Under the pieces are notes generated by a model. That model worked only from the letters and a program-made list of their open reading frames with translations, was not told the DNA's origin and made no database searches. A DNA stretch of 64,000 nt from Gekko japonicus (Eukaryota), in assembly GCF_001447785.1 (NCBI RefSeq), contig NW_015160838.1:1859285-1923284 (forward strand), written 5' to 3'. Below are positions 1 through 11,700 of this stretch, in pieces (position 1 is the first letter of the stretch; the number at the start of each line of letters is the position of its first letter). The position numbers and the translations under genes are program-made.

Positions 1-153
1 GAGCTGGGCGAAGTATCAGCCTCATGTCTTTGCCTCCCTGATGGATATCTACCAGGGCTGCCAACTCTGGCTTAGGAAATTCTACGGGAGCCGGGAGAGG
101 GCAGGGGTTGGGGNNNNNNNNNNNNNNNNNNNNNNNNNNNNNNNNNNNNNNNN

Positions 154-358
154 AATGTTCCCTCTAAGCTGTGGAGTCTTGTGAGCAAAACTTCCACTTT
201 GTGAGCTACTGGCATTAAAGTGGTGAGCGAGCAATTTGGCTACTGCATAAATTCATTTGCTCTGGGGCCATCCTTCCTGAGCTAAGACAAAAATGTGTGA
301 GCCGGAGGCTAAAAAACAGTGAGCTGGCTCACACTAACTCAGCTTAGAGGGAACACTG
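154..358. mobile_element. hAT-type MITE (TIR CAATGTTCCCTCTAAG / CTTAGAGGGAACACTG)
   Basis: Same ~205-bp element as at 2451, 7301, 14974. Confidence 0.8.
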
Positions 359-621
359 CGTCCTCTCTCTCTCCTCCTCCAGCTGGCAGAGGTGGGGCCA
401 GCGCTGGTGCCTTCCTGGGCCCGCCCTCACCCAGCTCCAGCAGTCACTGCCAGCACCCTTCTTCCTGCAGCGTGCAGAGCGAGTGATGTTGGGTGCTGGC
501 ACCGGTGCTGGGCGTGGCCGCCTTGGGCTGCTGTGGCCACACATGTAGGCTGAGCTGGCCTTCCTGCTCTGTGCCTGGTGAGGTTTGGTTTGCCCAGTCT
601 TTGGTTTGGACTCCCTCAATT

Positions 622-893
622 TCATTTTGGTGTAGTGGTTAGAAGCGTGGACTCTAATCTGGGAGAACCGGGTTTGATTCCTCACTCCTCCACATGCAGC
701 TGCTGGTGTGACCTTGCGTCAGTCATAAGTTCTCTCAGAGCTGTTCTCTCAAGGGCAGTTCTCAGGAGAGCTCTCTCAGCCCCACCTACCTCACAGGGTG
801 TCTGTTGTGGGGAGGGGAAGGGACAGGGATTGTAAACCGCTCTGAGACGCCTTTGGGTAGTGAAGGGTGGGGTATAAATCAAATCTCTTCTTA
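622..893 (+). mobile_element. tRNA-derived Squam3-like SINE
   Basis: A/B-box head GGTGTAGTGGTT...GGTTTGATTCC, core CTCACAGGGTGTCTGTTGTG, tail ATAAATC..TCTCTTCTT; about 10 copies in window. Confidence 0.8.
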
Positions 894-2450
894 TTTAATT
901 AGTGCCCCCCCTGCAAAAATAAATCCTGGCTACGGCCCTGCTCTGTTGTCTGGATATCAGTTGTGATTCCAGGAGTTCTCCAGGTCCCACCTGGAGGCTG
1001 ACAACCCTAGCATCTGTATTACTCTGTTTCAACCAAAAAGCAAACCAAAACACAGGAGACCTGTGGCACCTGACCCAATTAACAACCACTGCAGTATTAG
1101 CTTTTGTACAGTCCCCTCCTTCAGGTGCCGAAGAACCTAAAGAAGCCGCAGCCTCTAGTCCACGAAAGTGTTGCGACTCCTGAGAAGCGAGGAAACACAT
1201 TGTAAACTTGAAATGCGGCAAACAGTGTACACAGCAGAAATTAAAACATTAAACCATCTGTACAGATTATAACATAAAACAAGCTATATTGCAGGACAGG
1301 ACAGCCAATACACCGTTAGCTCTCCTTACCATATTCTGTGCTGCAAATTTATTCCTGATCATCTGCATTACAAATGTCCTGTCCATCTAACAGAGGCTTT
1401 TATGCATGGAAGTGGGCCAGTTTTTCATAGCATGGAAATATCACCTGGTAAATAAAAAGCCTATTAAGCCTCTATTAATGTGTCAGGACATTGGCAACCA
1501 GGTAGCTGGTGGCAACCCTCGTTTGTACCACTGGGATGTTGTAATGGGAAAAAAACTTCACCTGATATATATATATATTTTGCCTGCTCACTACACTCTT
1601 GGATATATTAGATGTATTTTTTACCTCAGTCTCAGTGGTAGTCAGTGAAGAGTTTTGAATGTGCTTACACAGAAAGGCCTAAACATATGCTAACTCTGCT
1701 TAGTTTTGAGAATGGCCAAGCTAGCTCTGAGGCACGAACTAATACTGGGTTCTTCCTACTACTGTTTCCTAGGGTTGCCAACTTCCTGGAGGTAAAAATG
1801 ACCTGTCCCTTTAACAGAGGCGTAATGGGATGATCTTATGTTCTTATGACCAGAGAACAGGTGACAGGGAAAACGTCTTCTAGGGCGAGTGAGAACTGTG
1901 TGACCTACAGAGTGGACTGAGCAGGCGAAAAAGGAATTATCTTTGACAGGAGATGAAGGAAGTGTGGGCTAGAGAGTGAAAAGAACAAGGCTCATTCGTA
2001 GTTGTATACAGAGTCAGTTCGTTAGTCTGGAGAACTAGAAGGGAGAAAGGGCAGAGAGGACAACAGAACAGAATTTCATGAGCTGGGCGAAGTATCAGCC
2101 TCATGTCTTTGCCTCCCTGATGGATATCTACCAGGGCTGCCAACTCTGGCTTGGGAAATTCTACGGGAGCCGGGAGAGGGCAGGGGTTGGGGAGCGGGGG
2201 GACCTCGGCAGGGTACAAGGCCCCGCTCCAAAGCAGCCGTTTTCTCCAGGGGAAGCGAACTCTGTCACAGGCCTGTAGCCAGCGGGGGTGGGTGCACTGG
2301 GGGTTGCACCCCCTATCGAATCTGCAGTGCCCCTCATGGACCAGGAGCAGAGCAGACCCAGGAAGGAAGGGCCCAGGGGCCACGCTGTGCCTCCCCAGCC
2401 ACCACAGGCGCAAGGAATGTGTGGGGCTAAGAAAGCCGAGTTCTCCTCTC

Positions 2451-2656
2451 CAATGTTCCCTCTAAGCTGTGGAGTCTTGTGAGCAAAACTTCCACTTTGT
2501 GAGCTACTGGCATTAAAGTGGTGAGCGAGCAATTTGGCTACTGCATAAATTCATTTGCTCTGGGGCCATCCTTCCTGAGCTAAGACAAAAATGTGTGAGC
2601 CGGAGGCTAAAAAACAGTGAGCTGGCTCACACTAACTCAGCTTAGAGGGAACACTG
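2451..2656. mobile_element. hAT-type MITE
   Basis: Same TIRs; part of the duplicated block. Confidence 0.8.
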
Positions 2657-2919
2657 CGTCCTCTCTCTCTCCTCCTCCAGCTGGCAGAGGTGGGGCCAGC
2701 GCTGGTGCCTTCCTGGGCCTGCCCTCACCCAGCTCCAGCAGTCACTGCCAGCACCCTTCTTCCTGCAGCGTGCAGAGCGAGTGATGTTGGGTGCTGGCAC
2801 CGGTGCTGGGCGTGGCCGCCTTGGGCTGCTGTGGCCACACATGTAGGCTGAGCTGGCCTTCCTGCTCTGTGCCTGGTGAGGTTTGGTTTGCCCAGTCTTT
2901 GGTTTGGACTCCCTCAATT

Positions 2920-3193
2920 TCATTTTGGTGTAGTGGTTAGAAGCGTGGACTCTAATCTGGGAGAACCGGGTTTGATTCCTCACTCCTCCACATGCAGCTG
3001 CTGGTGTGACCTTGCGTCAGTCATAAGTTCTCTCAGAGCTGTTCTCTCAAGGGCAGTTCTCAGGAGAGCTCTCTCAGCTCCACCTACCTCACAGGGTGTC
3101 TGTTATGGGGAGGGGAAGGGACAGGGATTGTAAACCGCTCTGAGACGCCTTTGGGTAGTGAAGGGTGGGGTTATAAATCCAATCTCTTCTTAT
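2920..3193 (+). mobile_element. Squam3-like SINE (duplicated block)
   Basis: Copy of 622-893. Confidence 0.8.
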
Positions 3194-4229
3194 TTAATTA
3201 GTCCCCCCCCCCGCAAAAATAAATCCTGGCTACGGCCCTGCTCTGTTGTCTGGATATCAGTTGTGATTCCAGGAGTTCTCCAGGTCCCACCTGGAGGCTG
3301 ACAACCCTAGCATCTGTATTACTCTGTTTCAACCAAAAAGCAAACCAAAACACAGGAGACCTGTGGCACCTGACCCAATTAACAACCACTGCAGTATTAG
3401 CTTTTGTACAGTCCCCTCCTTCAGGTGCTGAAGAACCTAAAGAAGCCGCAGCCTCTAGTCCACGAAAGTGTTGCGACTCCTGAGAAGTGAGGAAACACAT
3501 TGTAAACTTGAAGTGCGGCAAACAGTGTACACAGCCGAAATTAAAACATTAAACCATCTGTACAGATTATAACATAAAACAAGCTATATTGCAGGACAGG
3601 ACAGCCAATACACCGTTAGCTCTCCTTACCATATTCTGTGCTGCAAATTTATTCCTGATCATCTGCATTACAAATGTCCTGTCCATCTAACAGAGGCTTT
3701 TATGCATGGAAGTGGGCCAGTTTTTCATAGCATGGAAATATCACCTGGTAAATAAAAAGCCTATTAAGCCTCTATTAATGTGTCAGGACATTGGCAACCA
3801 GGTAGCTGGTGGCAACCCTCGTTTGTACCACTGGGATGTTGTAATGGGAAAAAAACTTCACCTGATATATATATATATTTTGCCTGCTCACTACACTCTT
3901 GGATATATTAGATGTATTTTTTACCTCAGTCTCAGTGGTAGTCAGTGAAGAGTTTTGAATGTGCTTACACAGAAAGGCCTAAACATATGCTAACTCTGCT
4001 TAGTTTTGAGAATGGCCAAGCTAGCTCTGAGGCACGAACTAATACTGGGTTCTTCCTACTACTGTTTCCTAGGGTTGCCAACTTCCTGGAGGTAAAAATG
4101 ACCTGTCCCTTTAACAGAGGCGTAATGGGATGTTCTTTACCAGGTGATGTTATTTGCCAAATTGCCACCATACCACAAAAGGTTTCACCTGCCCCTTTCC
4201 ACACATTGTGTGTGTGTGTGTGTGTGTGA

Positions 4230-5070
4230 AGTACCATCTGGTCACTTCCAACTTACAGCAACTGTATGATTTAATGAACCTCCAAAGTATCCTATAATTA
4301 ACAGCCTTGCTCAGGTCTTGCAGACTGAGGGCCTTGGCTTCCTTAATGGAGTCAATCCATCTCATCTTGGGTCTTCCTGTTTTCCGGCTGCCTTCAGGTT
4401 TCCCTAGCATTATTGTCTTTTCCAGTCCCTCTTGTCTTCTCATAATGTGTCTAAACTAGCATGATAGCCTCAACTTAGTCATTTTAGCTTCTAGCTTGGT
4501 TCAGGCTTGGTTTGGTCTGGAACCTACTTATTTGTGTTCTTGGCGGTTCACAGTGTCTAATGGAGTCAGTCCATCTCATCTTGGGTCTTCCTGTTTTCCG
4601 GCTGCCTTCAGGTTTCCCTAGCATTATTGTCTTTTCCAGTCCCTCTTGTCTTCTCATAATGTGTCTAAACTAGCATGATAGCCTCAACTTAGTCATTTTA
4701 GCTTCTAGCGAGAGTTCAGGCTTGGTTTGGTCTGGAACCTACTTATTTGTGTTCTTGGCGGTTCACAGTGTCTGTAAAACTCTCCTCCAACATTACATTT
4801 CAAAATAAATCAACTTTCTTCCAGACAGCTTTCTTCATTGTCCAACTTTCACACCCGTACATAGTAATAGGGGATACTGTGGCTTGAATTAACTTGATCT
4901 TGGTCACCTGTGACACATCCTTACATTTAACAAATCTTTTCTAGCTCCTTCATGGCTCCCCTTCCAAGTTTCAGTCTCCTTCTGATTTCTTTTGGTTGAT
5001 GATGGAGCTAAGGAATAGAGAATCCTGAACAATTTCAATTTCTTCATTGTCAGCCTTAAAGTTGTGTCAT
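4230..5070 (-). mobile_element. RTE-clade LINE 3' fragment with internal ~212-bp tandem duplication
   Basis: LEKTIMLGKPEGSRKTGRPKMRWIDSIKEA (RTE ORF C-terminus); ~4347-4558 repeated at ~4559-4772. Confidence 0.8.
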
Positions 5071-5727
5071 TCCACATATTAGGCCCATGTTAAAGGGGCA
5101 GGTGAAACTTTCTCTCCAGGCCTGCTGGGAACCTTGCTGCAGAGCAGACAAGCACCACAGCTGAATTTCTGCCTCTTGTAGTAGCTGTTAAGTGTACAGG
5201 TGTCTAGCCCCCCACCCCTCAAGGCAGAGGGTCTAATGTAAACCATAGTTATTTTGAGAAGTAGAGAAAGAACTAGAAACTTCTTCACATAAGAGTCTCC
5301 TCTCCTTTTCACCTCCTTTAGCAGAACCTGATGTTAAAGCTGTGTTTCCATTTAGTGTTGCCATCTCTTGGTTTGGAAATACCTGGAGATTTGAGGGTGG
5401 GGTTTAGTGAGGGGAGGTAACTCAGTAGAGTCAGCACATCTACCTTCCAAAGCAGCCATTTTCTTGAGAAAAAGTGGGATAACTGTTTTAGATAAATAAT
5501 AAATCAGTTGGAGATCAGTTGTAATTCCAGGATATCTCCAGGCCCCAACTGGAGGTTGGCAGCCCTATGCCCATTTGATATTTTGAGTTTGGAAGCCCAG
5601 GGGTATTGCAAAGGGGATTCAGGTGCAAGTACTTGAGGTAAAGAAGCACGGGGGTGGGGGGGTGAGGAGAGAAGTTACTTCCTTACAACTCGAGAGCTGT
5701 GGAGACTGAGGGAGCAAAGGTGGTAAG

Positions 5728-5782
5728 ATGGAGCAAAGGAAACGGAGGAGAAAGAAATGCCGAAGCAGGAGGCCCATGGCAG
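5728..5782 (+). CDS. Uncharacterised gene, first coding exon
   Basis: ATG: MEQRKRRRKKCRSRRPMA+G|gtatga, phase 1. Confidence 0.55.
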
Positions 5783-8700
5783 GTATGAGGGAGGTGACTC
5801 TTCTCAATGGGCAGTAGTCATTATTTTCTCTTGATTTAAATATTGGTTCTAAAAGGGTTTGTTTTGTTTCTGTGCTGTTTCATAATGTATAAATACATCT
5901 TTTTTTTGTCCTGCTCCTTCCTCCAAAGAGCTTAGGGCAGCATAGGTAGTTGTTTGTGTTATTTTCTCTTCACAACAATCCTGGGAGGGAGGGAGAGAAG
6001 CTGGTTGGCTGGCTGACTCTCTTGCTATTAATTTTTAAAAATTAACTAGACTAACAGGAAAAAATAACATAACTAACAATAGTCAATTGAGCAATAAAAG
6101 CCCTGAGCTCTGTGAATTCAGAGAAGGGTAAATAAAATAAATAAATAAATAAAATATACCACAGGTAGCATAGGTAATAGATAAAACACTTTGGTACAGA
6201 CAAAACAGTCAACAGAATAATTTTAAAACAATGGATATGGGAGTCCAGGTTTGAATCCCTACCCTGCCATAGAAGCTTGATGGGTGACCTTGGGCCAGAT
6301 ACGCACTCAGAATCTTAGCCTAACCTACCTCATAGTGATGTTGTGAGGATTATAAAAGGAGGGGAGACTAGTGTAAGCTGCTTTGGGTCCTCGTTTGGGT
6401 GGGATATCAATGAAGTAAAGAGAGGTAGTGTGGGATAGTGGTTAAGAGTGTTGGGCTAGTGTCTGGGAGACCCAGTTCGAATCCCCACTCATGCCATGGA
6501 AGCTTGCTGGGTGACCTCGGGCCAGTCACACTCTCTCAGCCTAAACTACCTCACAGGGTTGTTGTGAAGATAAAATGGAGGAGAAGATAATGATGCAAGC
6601 CACTTTGGGTCCCCATCAGGGTATAAATTAACGAGTTAAATAAATAAAATGAAATGCCTGGGTGAATGAGAAGGTTTTTACTTCAGCAAAATAGCACATA
6701 TACCAATTTTGATTTTAAGGTTGTTGTGCTAAAAAAAAATTTGCCCTGGAGTAATTCTACATAAATGTGAATGCAGTGAGCTTCTACCTGATCTGTTTTC
6801 CAGTTGAGGGGGCAGGATTCGCTCTCCCTCTTTTTAAGGTCTCTAGTAACTTTGATTGAGCAAACTCTGGAGGACGGCAGAAGACAGGAGGGCCTGGCGT
6901 GATGCGGTCCATGAGGTCACGAAGAGTCGGACTCAACTGTGCGATGGAACAACAACAAAAGTAACTTTTGGGGTGGCAATGCATAAAGCAGAATGGTAAA
7001 AGTCAATGATTATACTACTGTTTTAACACACATTTTATAGAAATCGATCCCATTGAATCAAATAGCTCAGTATAGAGGGGGCCAAGCTCATTGACCTGAG
7101 CCCCATACTGTTTTCAGAAGTCAGAGGACTGCTGGATTCCCACAGTCTTTTATTTCAACACTCCTCTGTACAAACAAAACAAGGAATAAATATGAAGAAG
7201 AAGAAGAGATTGGATTTATACTCCGCCCTTCACTCGGAGTCTCAGACCGGTTTACACAAACTCCTTTCCCTTCCCCTCCCCCCAACAGACACCCTGTGAG
7301 CAATGTTCCCTCTAAGCTATGGAGCCCTGTGAGCAAAAATTCTACTTTGTGAGCTACTGGCATTAATGTTGTGAGCAGGAGATTTGGCTGCTGCATCAAT
7401 TAGTTTGCGCTGAAGCCATCCTTCCTGAGCTAAGACAAAAATGTGTGAGCCAGAGGCTAAAAAACTGTGAGCCAGCTCACACTAACTCAACTTAGAGGGA
7501 ACACTGCCTGTGAGGTAGGTGGGGCTGAGAGAGCTCTGACAGAAACTGCTCTTTTTTCAAGAACAGCTGTGCCAGAACTATGGCTTGCCCAAGGTCATCC
7601 AGCAGGTGCAAGTGGAGGAGTGGGGAATCAAACCCGGTTCTCCCAGATTAGAGTCCGCGCACTTAAGGGGGCGGGGCACATGATGAAGCCCCGCCCCCTG
7701 CTTCCGGCCGCCCCGCTTCCGGCCCTCATTCAGCCAGGAGGAGGCAGGAGAAGAGGGAGGGTAAGTTGCTTCCTCCCTGCCTCTCCCCACCCCTGCCTGC
7801 CTGGGGCCAGGGAGGGCCTTGGCGGGGCTTCCTCGCACTCCCGCTGGCCTTGCAGGTCCACCGCCGGGCCCCTGATGTCAGGGGGTGTGGCATATGCTAA
7901 TGAGTTATGCTAATGAGTTCCCCTAGCTCTTTTTCTACGAAATGACCTCTGAATAAAACAAACACCGGCGGCAGCTGTCACTGAAAAAAATGCCAGGGCT
8001 TTTTTTCCTGGGGGAGCATGCCGGCATAGAGTTCCGGAACCTCTTCGACAAAATTATTTCTAAAATGTTTAAAAATTCATGAATTCTCAATATACAGACT
8101 GAAAACTTCATTTCCCTCTTTGAGAGTTCCGGCACCTCTCTTTTCAACAAAACATAAAAGCCCTGAAAAATGCTATTATAATCTGCATAGCTGATCGGAT
8201 GCTCAGGGGCTCATCAGAGGCCCTGTTGGGTAAGAGTCCCACCCACTTTCTAAAAATACTTGGTGGGCGTCAAGTAAGGTGCCGTCAGGTGCCCATGTTG
8301 GGGACCCCTGCCCTATAAAATGAGACCGGACCTCCCTACCTAGAATAGTAGTACCATAACTAAAGTTACCAGTCTCATGGTAGGGCCTAGAATTCTCCTG
8401 AAATAACAGCTGATCCCCAGAATACAGAGATGAGTTTCCTTGGAGGAAATGCCCACTTTGGGGGCAGGCGCTATGGCACGGTGCCCCCTCTGAACTCCCT
8501 CCCTTCCACAGACTCTGCCCTCCCCAGGCATTGCTACCAGTTTCCAGGAATTTCTCAAGCCAGAGTTGGCAACTGTAACATATGAGATGAAAGTGTGTGC
8601 CTACATTTTTAGGAACGATGTATTGTTCCCCCCCAGCTTGTGTGTGTTTCCAATCTAAATTTTGTGCTAAACGGTGAACAGATATAATCTGTGTGTACTG

Positions 8701-11700
8701 TAAGCGTATTCAGCTTTAATTAGATTCCGGTGAGCAAACTGTGGGAGGAAAACGTCAATTACTACCTAGCATTTTTGTAACCAAAATGTCTTCTCCCCCT
8801 CTCCTTTTCTTCTGCAGTAGACTCACGTGAATTGGTATACTCAGAAAAAAGTTCTGTGGACATATCACAGTTAGCTCACAAGTACATGGTAAAATTCTCT
8901 TTTCTAAAATGCTGTGTGTGATGTGCTGTCAACTCGATTTATGGCGGCCCTATGAATGAATAAGGTTGCCAACCTCCAGTTGGTGGCTGGAGATCTCCTG
9001 GAATTATGGCTGGTCTCCAGACGACAGAGATCAGTCCCCCTGGAGAAAATGGATGCTTTGGAGGATGGACTCTGTGGCCTTGTGCTCCTCTGAGGTCCCT
9101 GTCCGCCCCAGGCTCCATCCCCAAATCTCCAGGTAGTCTTGCCAAGTCCCCCCGGGGGGCGGGGAAACCCCCGCCCGAGAGGCCCGTTACTTGCCGCCGG
9201 CGGATCGGGCCCCGGGGGAACCCCACCCCCAAAGTACGCGACGTGCCTGGCGTCAGCACGTCACCCGGAAGTGACACAGCTGCGTTGGGGGCGGGGCCGC
9301 GGTCATCCAAGGGAAAACTCTATGGTTTTCCCTCAGATGATTGTGACCCCGCCCCAGGTGTGCCTGACGTGGTTGCGTCACTTCCAGGTGACGTGATGGC
9401 GGCGCGCGCGCACACGCACATAGACTCCCAGAGCAGCACTGGTGTTCCCCGCTCTACATGCAGTAAGGACTTGGCAACCCTATCTCCAGGAGTTTCCCAA
9501 CCTGGATCTGGCAACCCTAACCCCCGCCCCCATCTCCTGCCAGTGTCCGGGGAGGGGGAATCTGGCAACCAGGCCCGTGGCCAGGATTTTTTTTGTTCGA
9601 GGGGCATTAAATTTTTAAGGGGGCAGTTAAATTACAGTTAATTAAATTAACCTGAAGGTCTGTCTTTAAAGGGGGAGGCCCCAAGCCTGTTTCTAGCCCT
9701 CTCTTTCAAGGCTATTTGTGGGGCAGAGCTTTTAATTAAGGGGGCTGGGCCCTGAGATGCCCCGCTGTAGCTACGGGCCTGCTGGCAAACCCTAGCAGAG
9801 CTGTGTTATTTAAACAGCTGCTTCCCTGTATTCCCTGCTCCAGCTTTCCACGCTCCCTAAACTGGTGCTCCTGTGGGCCAGTGACCCCCTCAGGAACTTC
9901 ATAGATGGCTGCAGTAAGAGGGGAGAACTGGTGAAACCCTGGGGTTCCCTACCTACAGGTGGGGCCACGAGTTCTTCCATAATTACAGCAGATTGCAGAA
10001 ATCAATTACCCTGGAGAGAATGGCAGATTTAGAGAGGTCAGACACTGTGGTATACCATAGATGTTAGGTGAAATCCCTCCTTGCACTGGGTGGCATCTGC
10101 AAATCTCCAGGAATTTTCCAGGCCAGAGTTGGCAACCCTAGGATACGGGACTTGAGATTACCAGTTAAACACACTAAAAAAATCACTTTGCCCGGCTTTA
10201 TTTGAACAGGGTCTACAGCATCTGCCTGTCTCTTGCCATCCCAAGGTTCTTCCCTCTCCTGCTAGTGTGCTAGACAAATAAAAGGCTGTACGCACTAGCA
10301 AAAAGATCTCTTTTTAAACACAAGAAAGCACATCATTTAGAGATAATATTGCCCTCCCCCCACCTATCCTTAAAATATGTAGTGCATTTCAAAGACAGTT
10401 TGTTGTGGATAAATTTTATACCTTATAAACTATGAGTATTATCAGTAACTTGTATAAATCAGGTTCAGGTGGCTAGCCATGTTGGTCTGAAGTAGCAGAG
10501 CAAAGTTTGAGTCCAGTGGCACCTTTCTGTTTCTATATATGTAATGGCTTTAAAAAAAGAGAATTATTTATGATTTTTATATTACAAAGAGAAAAACAAA
10601 GTTGCAGTACATAAATCAAATTTTGGAGTTTACATTAAAACATTATTTCTAAACCATTTGTTAACTCTGTACCATTTTTTTTGGAAAGCTTTTTGTTGGA
10701 ATTGCAAGTTGCTTATACTTCAGCCATTACAGAGTTAAATGTTGTTTGTTAGCAAACCGGATGTTACCTTATGGGAAAGTTTGTGGGAGTTGTTTACCCT
10801 AATGAGGTGACCTGTAACCTTTGTATTGGTCAACTAACATCTTGTTTGTAGAAATGCTTTGATCTAGCATTAATGTATTCACAAGTTTATGGCCCTGTGT
10901 GTGAACCAAGAGGTAGTTCTCTTCTAGAAGCCAAGAGAGATAGAAAGATGTAGCTGTTAGCATATATTAGTGAGAGTAACTGCAAGTATGTAACCTTTTA
11001 TTTTATTTCTTTCATCCAAAGTACCATACCCATGTTTTATTTTGTTTTTATAGTAAAGATATTTTTCTTTTACTAAGTGTAGCTCTTGTGTTTGCAATAC
11101 AACCATCGACCTTGAATTAAGAATCCCAACACTTTTTCATCTTTTCCTAAAAGTATCATATTCAGTTTATCCATTTCTGCCACATCACAAATTTTTATGA
11201 TCAACTCTTCTCTAGTAGGTAAGTTATCGGTTTTCCAAAATTTAGCAACAAGTATTCTAGGTGCAGTAAGGATATATGATAAAATACATACATCATCACG
11301 TCTGAAACCATCTGGTATTATATTAAGCAAGTAAATTTCTGGTAACAATTGTAGCTCTACGTCCATAATCTCTGTTATTAACTGTTTAACATCTTTCCAA
11401 AATTTATGGATCTTCTCACACCGCCACCACATATGGAAAAAAGTGCCTATATTATTCTTACATCTCCAACAGTTCCTTGATACATCTTTATAACATTTGG
11501 CCATTTTGTCACGTGACCAGTGCCACCTGTAAAACATTTTGAGTATATCTTCTTTATATGATGTAGATCTTAATAGTTTGACAGATTTCCATATTTTCAA
11601 CCAGTCATCTATATCCAAACTATATCCTATGTCCTGCAATCAAGGTTACCATTGATGGTTTAACTGTTTCATCTTGCATAACATCAACCAATAAGAATTT

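Larger units (their letters stand above)
1..4131. repeat. Near-identical ~2.3-kb tandem duplication (1-1831 vs 2080-4131), first copy containing an N gap
   Basis: Identical ORFs 344..685 and 2642..2983, 1406..1648 and 3706..3948; only scattered SNPs/indels. Confidence 0.9.

Noticed and set aside
622-700. tRNA genes at SINE heads
   Set aside because: A/B boxes continue into SINE bodies repeated about 10 times; no acceptor stem or cloverleaf.
4347-4772. 212-bp direct repeat as LTRs or a regulatory array
   Set aside because: Simple tandem duplication inside an RTE LINE fragment.
9006-9641. 211-aa GC-rich ORF or CpG-island promoter
   Set aside because: Lies in nested short repeats whose core recurs at 39120-39320; low-complexity translation.
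11073-11639. 188-aa ORF as a host gene
   Set aside because: LINE ORF2 C-terminal zinc-finger remnant.
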